Below, in pieces: positions 25,908-39,282 of a DNA stretch of 64,000 bases. Position numbers and translations under genes: made by a program. This stretch comes from Eledone cirrhosa (taxonomy: Eukaryota): assembly GCA_964016885.1 (NCBI GenBank), contig OZ024743.1, forward strand, positions 220,472,001 through 220,536,000, in the 5' to 3' direction. Position 1 is the stretch's first letter. Each line of letters opens with the position of its first letter. The notes beneath the pieces were generated by a model that was not told where the DNA came from, ran no database searches, and saw only the letters and a list, made by a program, of their open reading frames with translations.

Positions 25908-26790
25908 GAAGCTAGATATTCCATCTCTCTAGTGGGTCCGGGTATGCATTTTACATTCATTTCATTTATTGATTTATTGATAATTTATCTGAGTGTCCCG
26001 AATCTTCCATATCGAACTTTTCGGTTATTTGGTTGATTGTAGACATATTCTACGTGTGACGGTATTTTAACGATAGTTATAGCTCTAATTTATTTGAATT
26101 ATAGAGCCCTCTGCCGCTCATCTCGAATTTTGTTTATCGTGAACTCGTGCGCCGATTTTTCGATACTCGATTATTCTACTATATTTAGCTCTAGACTTAG
26201 CTATTGACCAGTTAATTTTATTGTTCATTTTTTGTCGATTCTATTAAATGATGAATAGCCCCTGTTTATTTTAACATGTCTATTGAGCACTCTTATTCGA
26301 TATGTGTTTTTGCCACATTTTTCCGAATATTTTTGCGGATATAAAGGTTATCTCCCTTGCTGATATCCATGTGCGTATTTTTAGCCTGGGTCTTATCTTT
26401 TTATCCATTCGGACGAAGCTCGTTGATGAAGTAACTCCAGTCCCCCGATTATCTGTAAGGCTTATATTTTTATATGAGCTGATAGATGACGGTTTAAGGA
26501 TTTACAGAAACCCAAGAAGCTAGATATTCCATCTCTCTAGTGGGTCCGGGTATGCATTTTACATTCATTTCATTTATTGATTTATTGATAATTTATCTGA
26601 GTGTCCCGAATCTTCCATATCGAACTTTTCGGTTATTTGGTTGATTGTAGACATATTCTACGTGTGACGGTATTTTAACGATAGTTATAGCTCTAATTTA
26701 TTTGAATTATAGAGCCCTCTGCCGCTCATCTCGAATTTTGTTTATCGTGAACTCGTGCGCCGATTTTTCGATACTCGATTATTCTACTAT
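25908..26790. repeat. Apparently identical ~274-bp direct repeats 609 bp apart, (TA)n-bounded
   Basis: 25908-26181 matches 26517-26790. The partial-tandem layout resembles PLE pLTRs. Confidence 0.8.
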
Positions 26791-26805
26791 ATATATGTAT
26801 ATATA

Positions 26806-29127
26806 GTAATAATAATAAATTTGAAGTCTAAAATCCAAAGAGGGCTCGATAAGGATAAATATATATCAAATATATAAGAACCGTAGAGCAAATATTTATT
26901 AAAATAACAGATTAAAGTTTAAGCAAAGAATCGCTGCTTTCACCCTTAACGAGATCTTCTGAAAATGACAAAGTCAATCTGTGAACGCAGAAGTGAATAT
27001 TTCAAAAAACGTTGCAGCCGGAGGAAGACAGGAAGACGATACTTTGATTCGTGGTAACGTTCCCTGGCAAAGAACGGGAAAAAACGAATATAATACGTCA
27101 TTATTTGGAGCGGTGAAAAACAATTACACGCAAAAACAAAACCACGTTTATGGTATAAAAGAGGTCGTAGACTAAAATTCTAACTAGGAAACCGAATGAT
27201 TCTCGGCTTCAGAGTTAAGAATAAAGTAAATAAAATACAGAGGTAAATGAAATTAAATAAATACATACACGCATCCATATACGTACATACTCAAGCATAC
27301 GCGAAAACACTCGCCATAGGTATACAAATACACGCACGTACACAAAAAACCATACGCAATACAGAACCCACGCACACATACGAATGTATACACCAAATAC
27401 ACATAAAAAAATATATATAAAAAAAAATATATATATATATATGTGTGTGTGTGCGTGTGCGTGTATACATATAATTAAATAAACGCATATAAATAAATAA
27501 ATACGTATATAACAAGCGCACACACATACCTACATGCAAATACACTTATGTTCGGAGACGAACGTCAACCAAGACACGAAGTACACATATACACACACCC
27601 TACATACGTATGAACCCGCATACTCACACAGACGCAAAACTCACGTATACACATAACCAAAAGCATATGTACCAGAAAAAATAATATATACGCCATAACA
27701 TATACAATCAAATCTACGTACGAGAAAGTATACGTACCTTCGCAAAACATACAGGTAATATATACTTACCTATACAAATAAGTAATGGTATAAACATAAC
27801 ATATACTTAGCTACCACATCAAGACATAAAATATCCGCGTATAGTTCGTACTATCCGTTAGGGTATAATGTGAGGCTGTAATACAGGAAAGTTTTGTGCA
27901 ATTTATGTTTACAAGACGAAATTGCCTCAGATTTTTTGTTTAAGATATGGTCTTTGGCGTAGAGTATTTCCAGGGCCTCAGCGGCGCAGAGGTCACATGG
28001 TCTTTTATTTCCGTTATACGATCTAGCCCTAGCTAGGATCTCCCAGTGTAACTTATATTGGGTGTGGTTGTCTTTTAGACTTCAGATATAAGCTGAAAGT
28101 GACGTCATATTCCTTCTTAGAGGGTAACGAAAAGAATGGGTATGCATGTAAATACGCTGCTTAAATCTATTGGCGGTTAACCCTATGTAGACCCTAAGGG
28201 ACGTGGGTGTTTCAACCTTACATTTGTAGACAATGTTACTAGATTGCGTTTCCCGAATAGGGGGCAGTCAACCCGATTCCTACAATTACAGTTAGTACTA
28301 ACTACAGGGTTGAACGTGTTCCTACGGCTAGGTAGTTTAGCTAAATTTGAAGCTATGATGTTATGTGCAAGGTTAGGAATCGTAGAGTAAGAAATTTAAA
28401 TAGTATTTCTATTAAAAAGTTTACTATATTTATGTGTAGGGAGAAAATGCTTCATAATAAGGGAGAGAAAGATCTTAGCTAATGGTGTGGCCACCTCCAT
28501 ATTATATGGTGGGTTATACCATATAATGCATCGGGATCTATTTCTTCTAGGTCTATTCTCGTACTCTGTATATGCTACCTTATCGACAAATCCACTCCGA
28601 GCAAGAGCTTCATTGTAATATGTGGAATGGTCGTTGAAAATATGCTGGTTAGTAGATAGACGGGAAAGCCTCAAAGAAACGTTTCTTACCAGGTTCTTGG
28701 TTATGCTGGCAGGATGGTTACTTATGTAATTAAACGTATCATTCGGCTTTCTATACGGGTAATGCAAGCCATTCGATAAATTGGGGTAACGTCTATGTAA
28801 TTAACGACCGAGAGGCTGGCCTCAACCTGTATGGAGAGCTTGAAGCCTTTAAAGAAGGCTGTGAGTTCTTTTCTAAACCTGTCGCAAGCACGTGGGCCGC
28901 ACTTAGTCATGGTAAAAAGACCATCATCACGGTACAAACCACCGCCCACGTTTGCCAGGGAACGTTTCCACGAACCAAAATATCGTCTTCCTGTCTTCCT
29001 CCGGTTGCAACGTTTTTGAAATATTCACTTCTGCGTTCACAGATTGACTTTGTTAGTTTCAGAAGATCCCGTTAAGGGTGAAATCAGCTATTCTTTGCTT
29101 AAACTTTAATCTGTTATTTTAATAAAT
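26806..29127 (-). mobile_element. 5'-truncated Penelope-like element (Naiad-like), RT C-terminus plus GIY-YIG, with inverted pLTR
   Basis: GLYRDDGL, PYRKPND..SNHP, IIWYNPPY, NCNCR..CPL.G, YIGLT..FKQR..H, WEIL..CDLC..E..LNKKSE..CKH across 28950-27853 with frameshifts. 28951-29127 is an inverted copy of 26893-27071. The 3' terminus also occurs at 44055-44150. Confidence 0.9.
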
Positions 29128-29178
29128 ATATATATATACTTTTACTCTTTTACTCTTTTACCTGTTCTAGCCCTCCGG

Positions 29179-29257
<79 letters not shown>

Positions 29258-29837
29258 TCTTTTATTCTTTTACCTGTTCCAGCCATCCGGCTGATATAGA
29301 TATAGATATATGTAGTGTTAGGTAAGTGGAACCTCTCTATGACAGCTGGCTGCTATTGTGTGCGATATTTCTAGCAGGATGTAGAACTCTTTAGAAACTC
29401 CATTTTTGACACTGCCACATCATGCAATATGACAAGATAATATATACAAGTTTGAAATCGCTCACAAAAGGTAGCGATAGATATAATCTGAAGATATATA
29501 TATTATGAAACTGAAAATGAGGAAAATGAAATGAATGCTTTTGAAATATTTTTTCTTAATGTTATTTTTCTTAGGTTTATCATCGCACAAACATATCTCT
29601 CATTACCATTGTATAATGGTGGTAATCATGATGGGGATGAGAATGGTCACGATCATAATCTTCAACATGCTACTGCTACTGCTGATGATGATGTGAAGAA
29701 GAAGAAGAAGAAGAAGAAGAAGAAGAAGAAGAAGAAGAAGAAGACTATAAATTGCTGATATTTCTCTCTCTTTCTCTCTCTCTCAAACACACACACGCAT
29801 ATATATATATATTATATATTTATACATATATATTATA

Positions 29838-29947
<110 letters not shown>

Positions 29948-30033
29948 TATATATATATACAGGACTATTTTATTCGTTTGTATTATGTGTGTGTGTATGC
30001 GTGTCTATGGCATGTCTGCTTTTATATATATAT

Positions 30034-30094
<61 letters not shown>

Positions 30095-30647
30095 TACATA
30101 CATACATACATACATACATACATACACTACACACACACACACATAAATATATATGTATATATAGATATATAAATATACATGTATACAGACATGCTTACGC
30201 TCAAGCATATCGATTTATCAAATTCACTAATTCACAACATATAAATATGGAAAAGCGTTGAAAAATATAGAGAAGTGTTGAAAACTACAATGTTTGAAAT
30301 GAAAATTATAGATATTACCCAAAGAACTCCTTTCAAATTGTGAAAATATTACAAAAGAACAACATTTGTGGAAAACCATATAATTGAAGTTAATGTTTTA
30401 TTCCGAGCAAATACATGAACGAAAAAAAATGAGTTGAGCGATGAACATACGATAAGGTATGTATACACACACACACATATACACAAACACACACACACAC
30501 ACATATATATAAATGTATGTGTATGTGTGAGTGTGCGTGTGTGTCTGAGTTTGTGTGTGTATGTACGTAGGAATGTATGTATGCATATATATTACATTAT
30601 ATAATTATATGGATATACATGTGTGTATATATGTATATATATATATA

Positions 30648-30709
<62 letters not shown>

Positions 30710-30887
30710 AACTAAATGCTATATACATCTCTACATTGTATTGTATATTCGAAGATTCCTCCATTCTTCAGATACAAGCTCTAATTCTATTTATCGGGAT
30801 TTTCACTTTTGCGTTAAATTCCTGGTTCTTTGAAGAATTAAAATCTGACATGTGTAGCGCATGTGTCTCTGTCTGTCTCTCTCTCGT

Positions 30888-30921
<34 letters not shown>

Positions 30922-30957
30922 ATCTCCTTTTCTTTCCCTTTCTATATATAGATTGAT

Positions 30958-31057
<100 letters not shown>

Positions 31058-31275
31058 GCATGGGTTATAACGAACATTTATAATAATATTCGATTCATTT
31101 GTAAACAAGCGGCCCGATAAAAGCTGTGCCGTGCCGATGACTAATCGTCATCTGTTTGTTTAACACTTGGCATTAAGGAACAATCAACATATTTCTGGGT
31201 CATTACACTTCATCAGAACTGTATACCTCAGCCAATCTGTTGAATGGTTGAAATTCAACAGATTGGCAGAAGTAT

Positions 31276-31318
31276 ACAATCCTGAAGAAGTGTAATGACT
31301 CAGAAACATGTTGATTGT
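31276..31318 (+). ncRNA. Minimal type I hammerhead ribozyme (irregular stem II)
   Basis: ACAATC-CTGAAGA-AGTGTAATGACTCA-GAAACATGTT-GATTGT. The minus-strand partner at 31180-31222 has CTGATGA. Confidence 0.65.
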
Positions 31319-31420
31319 TCCTCACTGCTAGTGTTGAACAAATGGATGACGATTGGTCATCGACACGGGACAGCTTTCATCGGGCTGTTTGTTTATAAAC
31401 GAATCGAATATTATTATTAA

Positions 31421-31611
31421 AGGCGGTGGATTGGCAGTATCGGTAGAGGATCGGACGCCATGCTTTGAAGCATAGTTACGTCCCTTTACGATCTGAGTTC
31501 AAATCCCGCCGAGGTTGACTTTGCCTTTCATCCTTACGGGGTCGATAAAATATAGTACCAGTAATGCACTGGGTAATTGCTGGCCTTGTGCCTAAAGTAG
31601 AAACAATTATT
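31421..31611 (+). mobile_element. tRNA-derived SINE inserted in PLE arm
   Basis: Family match; absent from the opposite arm. Confidence 0.85.
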
Positions 31612-31699
31612 AATGTTCGATATAACCCATGCGTATATATGCATATGTATATATGTGCGTGCGTGTGTATATGTATATATATATGTGTACGTATGCTTA

Positions 31700-31769
<70 letters not shown>

Positions 31770-32038
31770 TATATATATATGTGTATATATATATATACAC
31801 ATATTTATAAGTATAACTAGACTGACAAACAAATAGATATAAAGACGTGCGCAGGAGAAATATAATGAGACATAGAGGTATAGCTAAATAGATAGATAGA
31901 TATAGGTAGATAGGGGAAGGGGCAGACAGGAATACAGGCAGCTAGTTAGATAGATCAATGCACTGTTACCAAATATGGAACTAATTATTCTCACGGAAAA
32001 TATACACAAACGTTCTGGAATTTGTATGAAGTACAATA

Positions 32039-32215
32039 ATTGTTTCTACTTTTGGCACAACGCCAGAAGTTATCACCAGTGCATTACTGGTACTTTATTT
32101 TATCGACCCCGTAAGGATGAAAAGCAAAGTTAACCTCGGCGGGATTTGAACTCAGACTGTAAAGGGACGTAACTATGCTGGAAAGCATGGCATCCGACCC
32201 TCTACCGATACTGCC
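32039..32215 (-). mobile_element. tRNA-derived SINE inserted in a dispersed repeat
   Basis: Host repeat 31895-32340 matches 23400-23670, which lacks the SINE. Confidence 0.85.
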
Positions 32216-33349
32216 GAAAATGTTGAAAGGTGGCAGATAAAATATTAAATTTTGTTTGTCACGTAATACTGCTGGTGATTGTTTTATCTGATGAGCATAC
32301 AGTTGTTTGATTATCTGAAATTGTATCTGGTGAATTAACTGTGGTTAGTATTCCATAAACACGTGTACTCGTAAAATCCGACGGGCTTCCATATAGGTTC
32401 CGTCTACCTAATTTCACGTACGAGGCTTGAGTTAACTGGGAGTTATGGTAAAGACATTTGACTAGTGATTCTCAAATACAAATCACTTGGCTTTCAACGG
32501 AGGAATTTCGAATTCAATGAAATCAAATTTTTTTTAATTGAGGAATTCATGAGGCAATTCATACCGGGAAAAAAATTATGAACATTTCGTCTATATCAAA
32601 GGAAATACCAACATAATTACCTATAAGGGCGATTAGGATTTAACAGTACCCCCACCCCACAAAAAGGGATTATATAATTATTACATTTTGAAAAAAAAAA
32701 AAAAAAGTATTGTTATATTTTGGGAAAGTCATCTTTTTATAATATTGCCAAAAATATATAGTAACACGCACTCACTCTTTGGTTTGGGTTGGTTTTCACT
32801 TCAGTATGTATCCCGGAGAACAGTGTCTTTCAATAACCTATCGGCTTAGCATAAGCTTGTGTTGTGACGGCGATGAATGTGTTTTGCAAGGTTTTTGAAA
32901 AAAAAAAAGCTTTTTTTTTTAATACGGTGCTCATGTAAAAAATTAATAGAAGACGATTCAAAGCGAGGGAAGAACTGAGGGAACTTGGGATTGCATGGAG
33001 AAAATTTGTGCTGGGTCTCAGTCTTTAAGAACGGAGAACTTGCACTAGTCCAAGATGCCAGGTATCAGAATTGAAATTGAAACCTCATCATGGCGAAGTG
33101 AATTTACTATATAACCAGCCATGACTGCGTCTATCATGTAATAATAAACCAGTTAACAATATGTTAGTAATATAGTTTGAGTTGATTACTAGTTAGCGTG
33201 TGATGTGAGAGGTGTGATCAAACAAGTTAACCAGGCTGTCAAAACTTTTAGTTTCTCATATTTATCTGACTTTTGATAGTAGATGTCTTCAAGTTGTTCA
33301 TGTTTCTAATTAAGTTTTTATCTTAAAGGCAGATCATTTATCATTGCAA

Positions 33350-33677
33350 TTGTATACATGTATGTATGTATATATGTATGCATGTATGTATTATGTATGT
33401 ATGTAGGTATGTATGTATGTATGTATGTATGTATGTATGTATGTATGTATTTATGTATGTATGTATGTATGTATGTATGTATGTATGTATGTATGTATGT
33501 ATGTATGTGTGTGTGTATGTATGTATGTATATATGTATGCATGTATGTATTATGTATGTATGTATGTATGTATGTATGTATGTATGTATGTATGCATGTA
33601 TGTATTATGTATGTATGTATGTATGTATGTATGTATGTATGTATGTGTGTGTGTATGTATGTATGTATGTATGTATG

Positions 33678-33706
<29 letters not shown>
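33350..33706. repeat. (TATG)n microsatellite
   Basis: Direct inspection. Confidence 0.95.
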
Positions 33707-33709
<3 letters not shown>

Positions 33710-33711
<2 letters not shown>

Positions 33712-34000
33712 TCATCTTGGTTAAGAGAGTGGGACTGGCTTTGTGCAGTGCCTTTGCTCACTATAAAAGCTTCACAGCACAGGCATTGCTTTATATCTGG
33801 AGATCTCTCTGCACTTGTCGTCACATGGTATCATGGGCCCAGCAATGTGTGTCAATAATTGTCACAGGTGTAGTGTTTGTACCAGAGTTTTCAAATCGCT
33901 GGCTGGACTAAAAGGTCACACTCGTCAGCGCATTGGTAGGGGTTCTCCTACATGGATATAAAGTAGTGGCCGTACTCGAAAACGAGTTGGCAGCCACCAT
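33710..34000 (+). mobile_element. RTE 3'-end fragment with C2H2 remnant
   Basis: Encodes [17 protein letters not shown] and ends GTAGTGGCCGTACTCGAAAACGAGTTGGCAGCCACCAT. Near-identical to 35778-36070. Confidence 0.75.
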
Positions 34001-34023
34001 ATATATATGTATGTATGTATATC

Positions 34024-34071
<48 letters not shown>

Positions 34072-34075
34072 TATG

Positions 34076-34113
<38 letters not shown>

Positions 34114-34137
34114 TGTATGTATATATATGTATGTATG

Positions 34138-34170
<33 letters not shown>

Positions 34171-34202
34171 ATATATGTATGTATGTATGTATATATATAT
34201 GT

Positions 34203-35085
34203 AGTGGTCACCTTGCCAGGTGAAGGATTCTAGAATACCAAAACGACACTTTTATGGAGAGTTGGTCAAAGGAAAACGACCGCCACATAAACCAAAAAAG
34301 AGGTATAAGGATTCCTTGAAAGCCTCTCTGAAAGACGCTAACATCTCTGCTGATACATGGGAGAATATTGCTGCTGATCGTAATAAATGGAGAAAGACTG
34401 TATATGAGGGAAAAGTTGCCTTTGAGGCATCTCGAATCGCATACGAGAAAATAAAGCGGGATGTGAAGAAGGGCATTGCTGTTGCACTTCCAGACGGCGA
34501 GGGTCCCCCTATGGTGCTGACATGCAGCGTATGTGCGAGACTCTGCCTAAGCAAAGCTGGACTCGAAAGTCATCTTCGCAGTCATAAAGTAAGACCAGTG
34601 GTTGACTACCAGGCTGCTGTTGGAGATGCTACTCATCATGCTTGCCAAACATGTGGTAGAGAATGTAAATCATCAGGAGGGCTCAAGCGACATGCAAAAG
34701 TACACGAACTCCAACCACAGCCGACTATTCCCAGTGAATGTTTTGGTTGCCGACTCTGTGCAAGACATTTTAGATCATTGGCTGGGCTAAAAAGCCACAT
34801 TCGATCGCAGCGCTGTTAGTTGCTATCGTGTGTGCGTGTGTAGATATGCTTATGTGTGTGCGTGTGTGTGTGTATATATATATGTATATGTATATTATTG
34901 TTGTCGTTATTATTATTGTTGTTATTATTATTATTGTTGTTATTGTTATTAATGTATGTGTGTGTGTATATGTGTGTCTGAGTATGTGTGTGTGTGTGTG
35001 TATATATATGTATGTATATGTATATATATATATATATATATATTTTGTAGTGGCCGTACTCGAAAACGAGTTGGCAGCCACCATG
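34203..35085 (+). mobile_element. 5'-truncated RTE LINE: ORF C-terminus with three C2H2-type fingers (34203-34819) and 3' UTR
   Basis: GHLAR..DSRIPK..FYGEL..GKR...PKKRYKD..K..LK...WE..A.DR.KWR is the RTE C-terminal signature. It is followed by three C-x2-C-x12-H fingers and the shared 3' hairpin end plus (GTAT)n. Confidence 0.9.
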
Positions 35086-35313
35086 TATGTATGTATGTTC
35101 TTCTGGTTTTATAATTTCACAAAGTTTTATGTATGTATGTATGTATGTATGTATGTATGTATGTATGTATGTATGTATGTATGTATGTATGTATGTATGT
35201 ATGCATGTGTGTATGTGTGTATGTGTGTATGTATGTATGAATTTAGATATCTTTTAAAAGGCTTTTGTCACGATATAATATACATATATATATATATGTA
35301 TTTACAGGCCCCC

Positions 35314-35358
<45 letters not shown>

Positions 35359-35418
35359 TATATGTGTGTGTGTGTCTATTCATATATATATATATACATA
35401 TATATATATTTATATATA

Positions 35419-35459
<41 letters not shown>

Positions 35460-35460
<1 letters not shown>

Positions 35461-36070
35461 GTCAGGTCACCAGTTGGTGCTACTGGTAACATGTATCCCA
35501 GTACAACCTGTCTCATGGTCGGGTCGTGGGCGACTAAACTGGCAATCCCACCAAGGTTTCTTGGTGAGGAGGGTGACTTTGGACATCCTGCAGGACTAAA
35601 AACAAAACCTGTCAAAGGGCATAGGAGCTCTTAAGAGTCAATGGCCATCCAAAATCACCGGGAGAGATGACCCCTTAGCCTTTGTCAAGGCAGAATTCTA
35701 GGAGAAGGAAAACTCTGATATAACACCTGCAACCCTGATGGTATCCAATGATGTTGACTTGTTCTTCTTTTTGGTACATATCATCTTGTTTAAGAGAGTG
35801 GGACTGGCTTTGTGCAGTGCCTTTGCTCACTATAAAAGCTTTACGGCACAGGCATTGCTTTATATCTGGAGATCTCTCTGCACTTGTCGTCAGATGGTAC
35901 CATGGGCCCAGAACTATGTGTCAATAATTGTCAAAAGTGTAGTGTTTGTACCATAGTTTTCAAATCGCTGGCTGGACTAAAATGTCACACACGTTCAGCG
36001 CATCCGTAGGTGTTCTCCTACATGGATATACAGTAGTGGCCATACTCGAAAACGAGTTGGCAGCCACCAT
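35460..36070 (+). mobile_element. Bipartite non-autonomous RTE derivative (5'-UTR-like part fused to the 3' end)
   Basis: First ~300 bp are GC-richer and share a motif with 12190-12250. The last ~290 bp match 33710-34000. (TA)n flanks. Confidence 0.65.
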
Positions 36071-36105
36071 ATATATATATATATATATATGAATAGACAC
36101 ACAAT

Positions 36106-36177
<72 letters not shown>

Positions 36178-36430
36178 GTATAAATTTGGAGGTACAGCTA
36201 CGCTCTCACGGTGATAAATAACGAAACTACTGACAAATCAGATGGAGAGTGTGAGAGAGATAGAGAGAATGTGAGAGATTGAAGAACAGAGTCTTATTTC
36301 CATCTATTAACGTTTCAAGCGTTTGAAACGAGTGTGGTTATGACATGATTTACAAACACCAAACTAACCGTAACTTTTCCATTCATATTTTGTCATGAAT
36401 TATATACATACATATGTACAGACAAACACG

Positions 36431-36519
<89 letters not shown>

Positions 36520-38551
36520 GATATAAGATAAGTTATTCCTGATGATTTCTCACGAATGAAACAGAATTACCATTATATTATAGGAATTCTTTTCCTCTGA
36601 ATCTTGAAACTTCCAGTTACGCTTCGGTGACACATTTGCAGTGATAATCAAAATGAGCCAAACCGGATAAATATTACTACATTCCTACGACGACATAAGC
36701 ATATGTGTGGGAGTGTACACAAGGTGATTGAGGGCGAGAATCTGTACCTATGTGAGTAGTTGGCAACATGTGAAAACATTGCTAGAAACAGCAGCCAAAC
36801 ATTTCATCCAACAAGCGTTAGAGAGTGGTAGACGGAAACGACAGAAGCCTGTCGAGTATAGATAGATATAAATATATTTTTTGTCACATCACCAGTCTGT
36901 GGAGCAGATCGATAGTGGAGTCTGATCTATAGCTCCTATCGATGACCTTGAGCCAATCATCTGCACAACGCGCGTAACAGGTCGATACACAATACATATC
37001 TTTTATATGTAAACGAAACTTCCTCGTTTGTTTCTATTATATATATTCTGCCTGTGTATAGAGTGCTTGATTTGGTACCAACACCAGTAATTCACTGAAC
37101 CACCTACACTATATATATAATTTGGGGTGAAGTCCCGATGGAGTTCGGGAAGTAACCATAGTAAAAAAGGGCCCCAATTCATTGATTTCTAAATGATTTC
37201 TAAATCGCCAGAGGTGTTTTATTCAGAAATTATCAATTGCTGGTGATTTCGAGACGACCGAGAGAAAAAAGTATCCAATACAGAAGTAGGGTTTAAATAT
37301 TCATTTTATCAGGAGTGAGAAGCAGACGAAATTCCAGAGTAACAAGATTCACTACTTATACTTAGCCGTAATAAAAGGAATAGATTGGTACTTTTTTTAT
37401 CGACCACGAAAGGATGAAAGGCAAAGCTGACCTCGGTGGGATTTGAACTCAGAAAGCCGGAACGAGCCAAATTCCAACTCACTCAACAAACATTACGAAA
37501 TAAGTGATTATATTCCCAATTATGTGTTCGGGGTGCTAACTAAAAGTATTGCGTGGAAAATTGGCTGTATTATTTCAAATGAGACATATCTAATATATCT
37601 CTTCCCAGACGGACGTCTCGTTTCATTATAGGATTCCTACAATTTGGGTGAAATTATACCAATTTATGTAGGAGCTTGTATATCATCAATAGATATATAT
37701 TCAAGTGGGCTCCTATAATTCATCAGTGGGTGCCCCAATAATACTAATATTGATAATCTAACCAACATCAGCATTTAGCGGTAATCACTTTCTGTGCCTG
37801 AGGTATCTGTCAGGTTGCCAGTCCAGCAGTTCTGAAAGAAGTGCTCGAACTGATTCAAAAAATGAGGAAGCGAATTACCGCCAAAAAAAACAATACATGC
37901 GCGTGACAATGAACTCTGAAAGGAATTCAGGCCACGTGCTAAGAACTCATGCATGTCTGTTTGACTGTATGTCCACGTGAGTCGGTCTCTGTGAATTTTA
38001 TCCCTTAATCTAGCGGTGCGACAACATAGTAGTCGATAAAATAAGTACCAGTCTTAAAAGTAAAATAGTTACTGGGGTGGTTATGACCCGCTCTATGCTG
38101 AAGATACAATTCTGATAACACATTTTGTAATTGTTCTCCGTGTTTATTTTCAGTTTCCCATTGCTGACCTTGCTCTAGCAGGGAAATCGGAAATTAAATG
38201 ACGATGATGATAATAAAAATATGTCTTTCGTCTCATCTAGCTAACTCTGTATCTCTCTCCCACTCTCCCCACTATCACCCTCACTCACTCTACACATATG
38301 TAAATGTATGTATACACGCACATACACGCACACATCCACACATATATATGTATATATATATATATAACAAAGGAAATGTGGTAAGGAACCAGATGGACCA
38401 TATCGCACCAGAGTACTCAATACTTAGAGTAGTAGAGTGGGAAATAGGAAAAAGTATAACCCCGACGGCAGAGCTCAAGCCGTATCGACGGCTATTTCTG
38501 GAAATAGCCGTCGAAACGGCTTGAGCTCTGCCGTCGGGTAATACTTTTTCC

Positions 38552-38613
<62 letters not shown>

Positions 38614-38979
38614 CACATATATATACATATACACATATATACATATATACATATATACACTCCTCTACAAATATATACATACTTACACACTTACATACAC
38701 ACACATATATATATACATACACACACACACACACACACACATACACACATACACACACACACACACACATATATATATCTATATATATCAGACGCATAGT
38801 AATTGCAACGATGTCAGAATGAAAGTGAATATAAATGTTATATTACCATGAAACGCGTAGACCATGCATGAAATGGGTTATTACTGTTTGAAATCTATAA
38901 CTAGTAAGTAAACAAAACCATATGTGTATATATACACACACATACTACAGACAAACACACATATGCACATATATACACG

Positions 38980-39031
<52 letters not shown>

Positions 39032-39224
39032 TTGAATACAGATTTCACTTCAGAAGACCCAAACATTCCCAAAATAAACAATATTTCGTGTCCTTTAATC
39101 AACTTCAATATCACTTTGAAATCTCACAAAAGTAGCAGCATCAGCAGTATCAGCAGTATTAGTAGTAGAATTAGTAGTAGTATTAGTAGTAGTAGTAGTA
39201 GTGGTAGTAGTATTAGTAGTAGTG

Positions 39225-39282
<58 letters not shown>

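Noticed and set aside
28082-28084. In-frame TGA as selenocysteine
   Set aside because: It aligns to a conserved Trp rather than Cys, in an otherwise frameshifted copy.
32462-33049. hAT-like insertion (TAGTGATTCTCAA...GAGAACTTGCACTA) splitting an old SINE, with similarity to 90-230
   Set aside because: TIRs are too degenerate and no 8-bp TSD was found; it is probably an old repeat but cannot be classified.
37775-37850. Possible minus-strand terminal exon (FEHFFQNCWTGNLTDTSGTESDYR*)
   Set aside because: Too short and no partner exons are identifiable.
38500-38530. GAAACGGCTT as an HHR
   Set aside because: The CUGANGA half is absent because the element is truncated at the fold-back.
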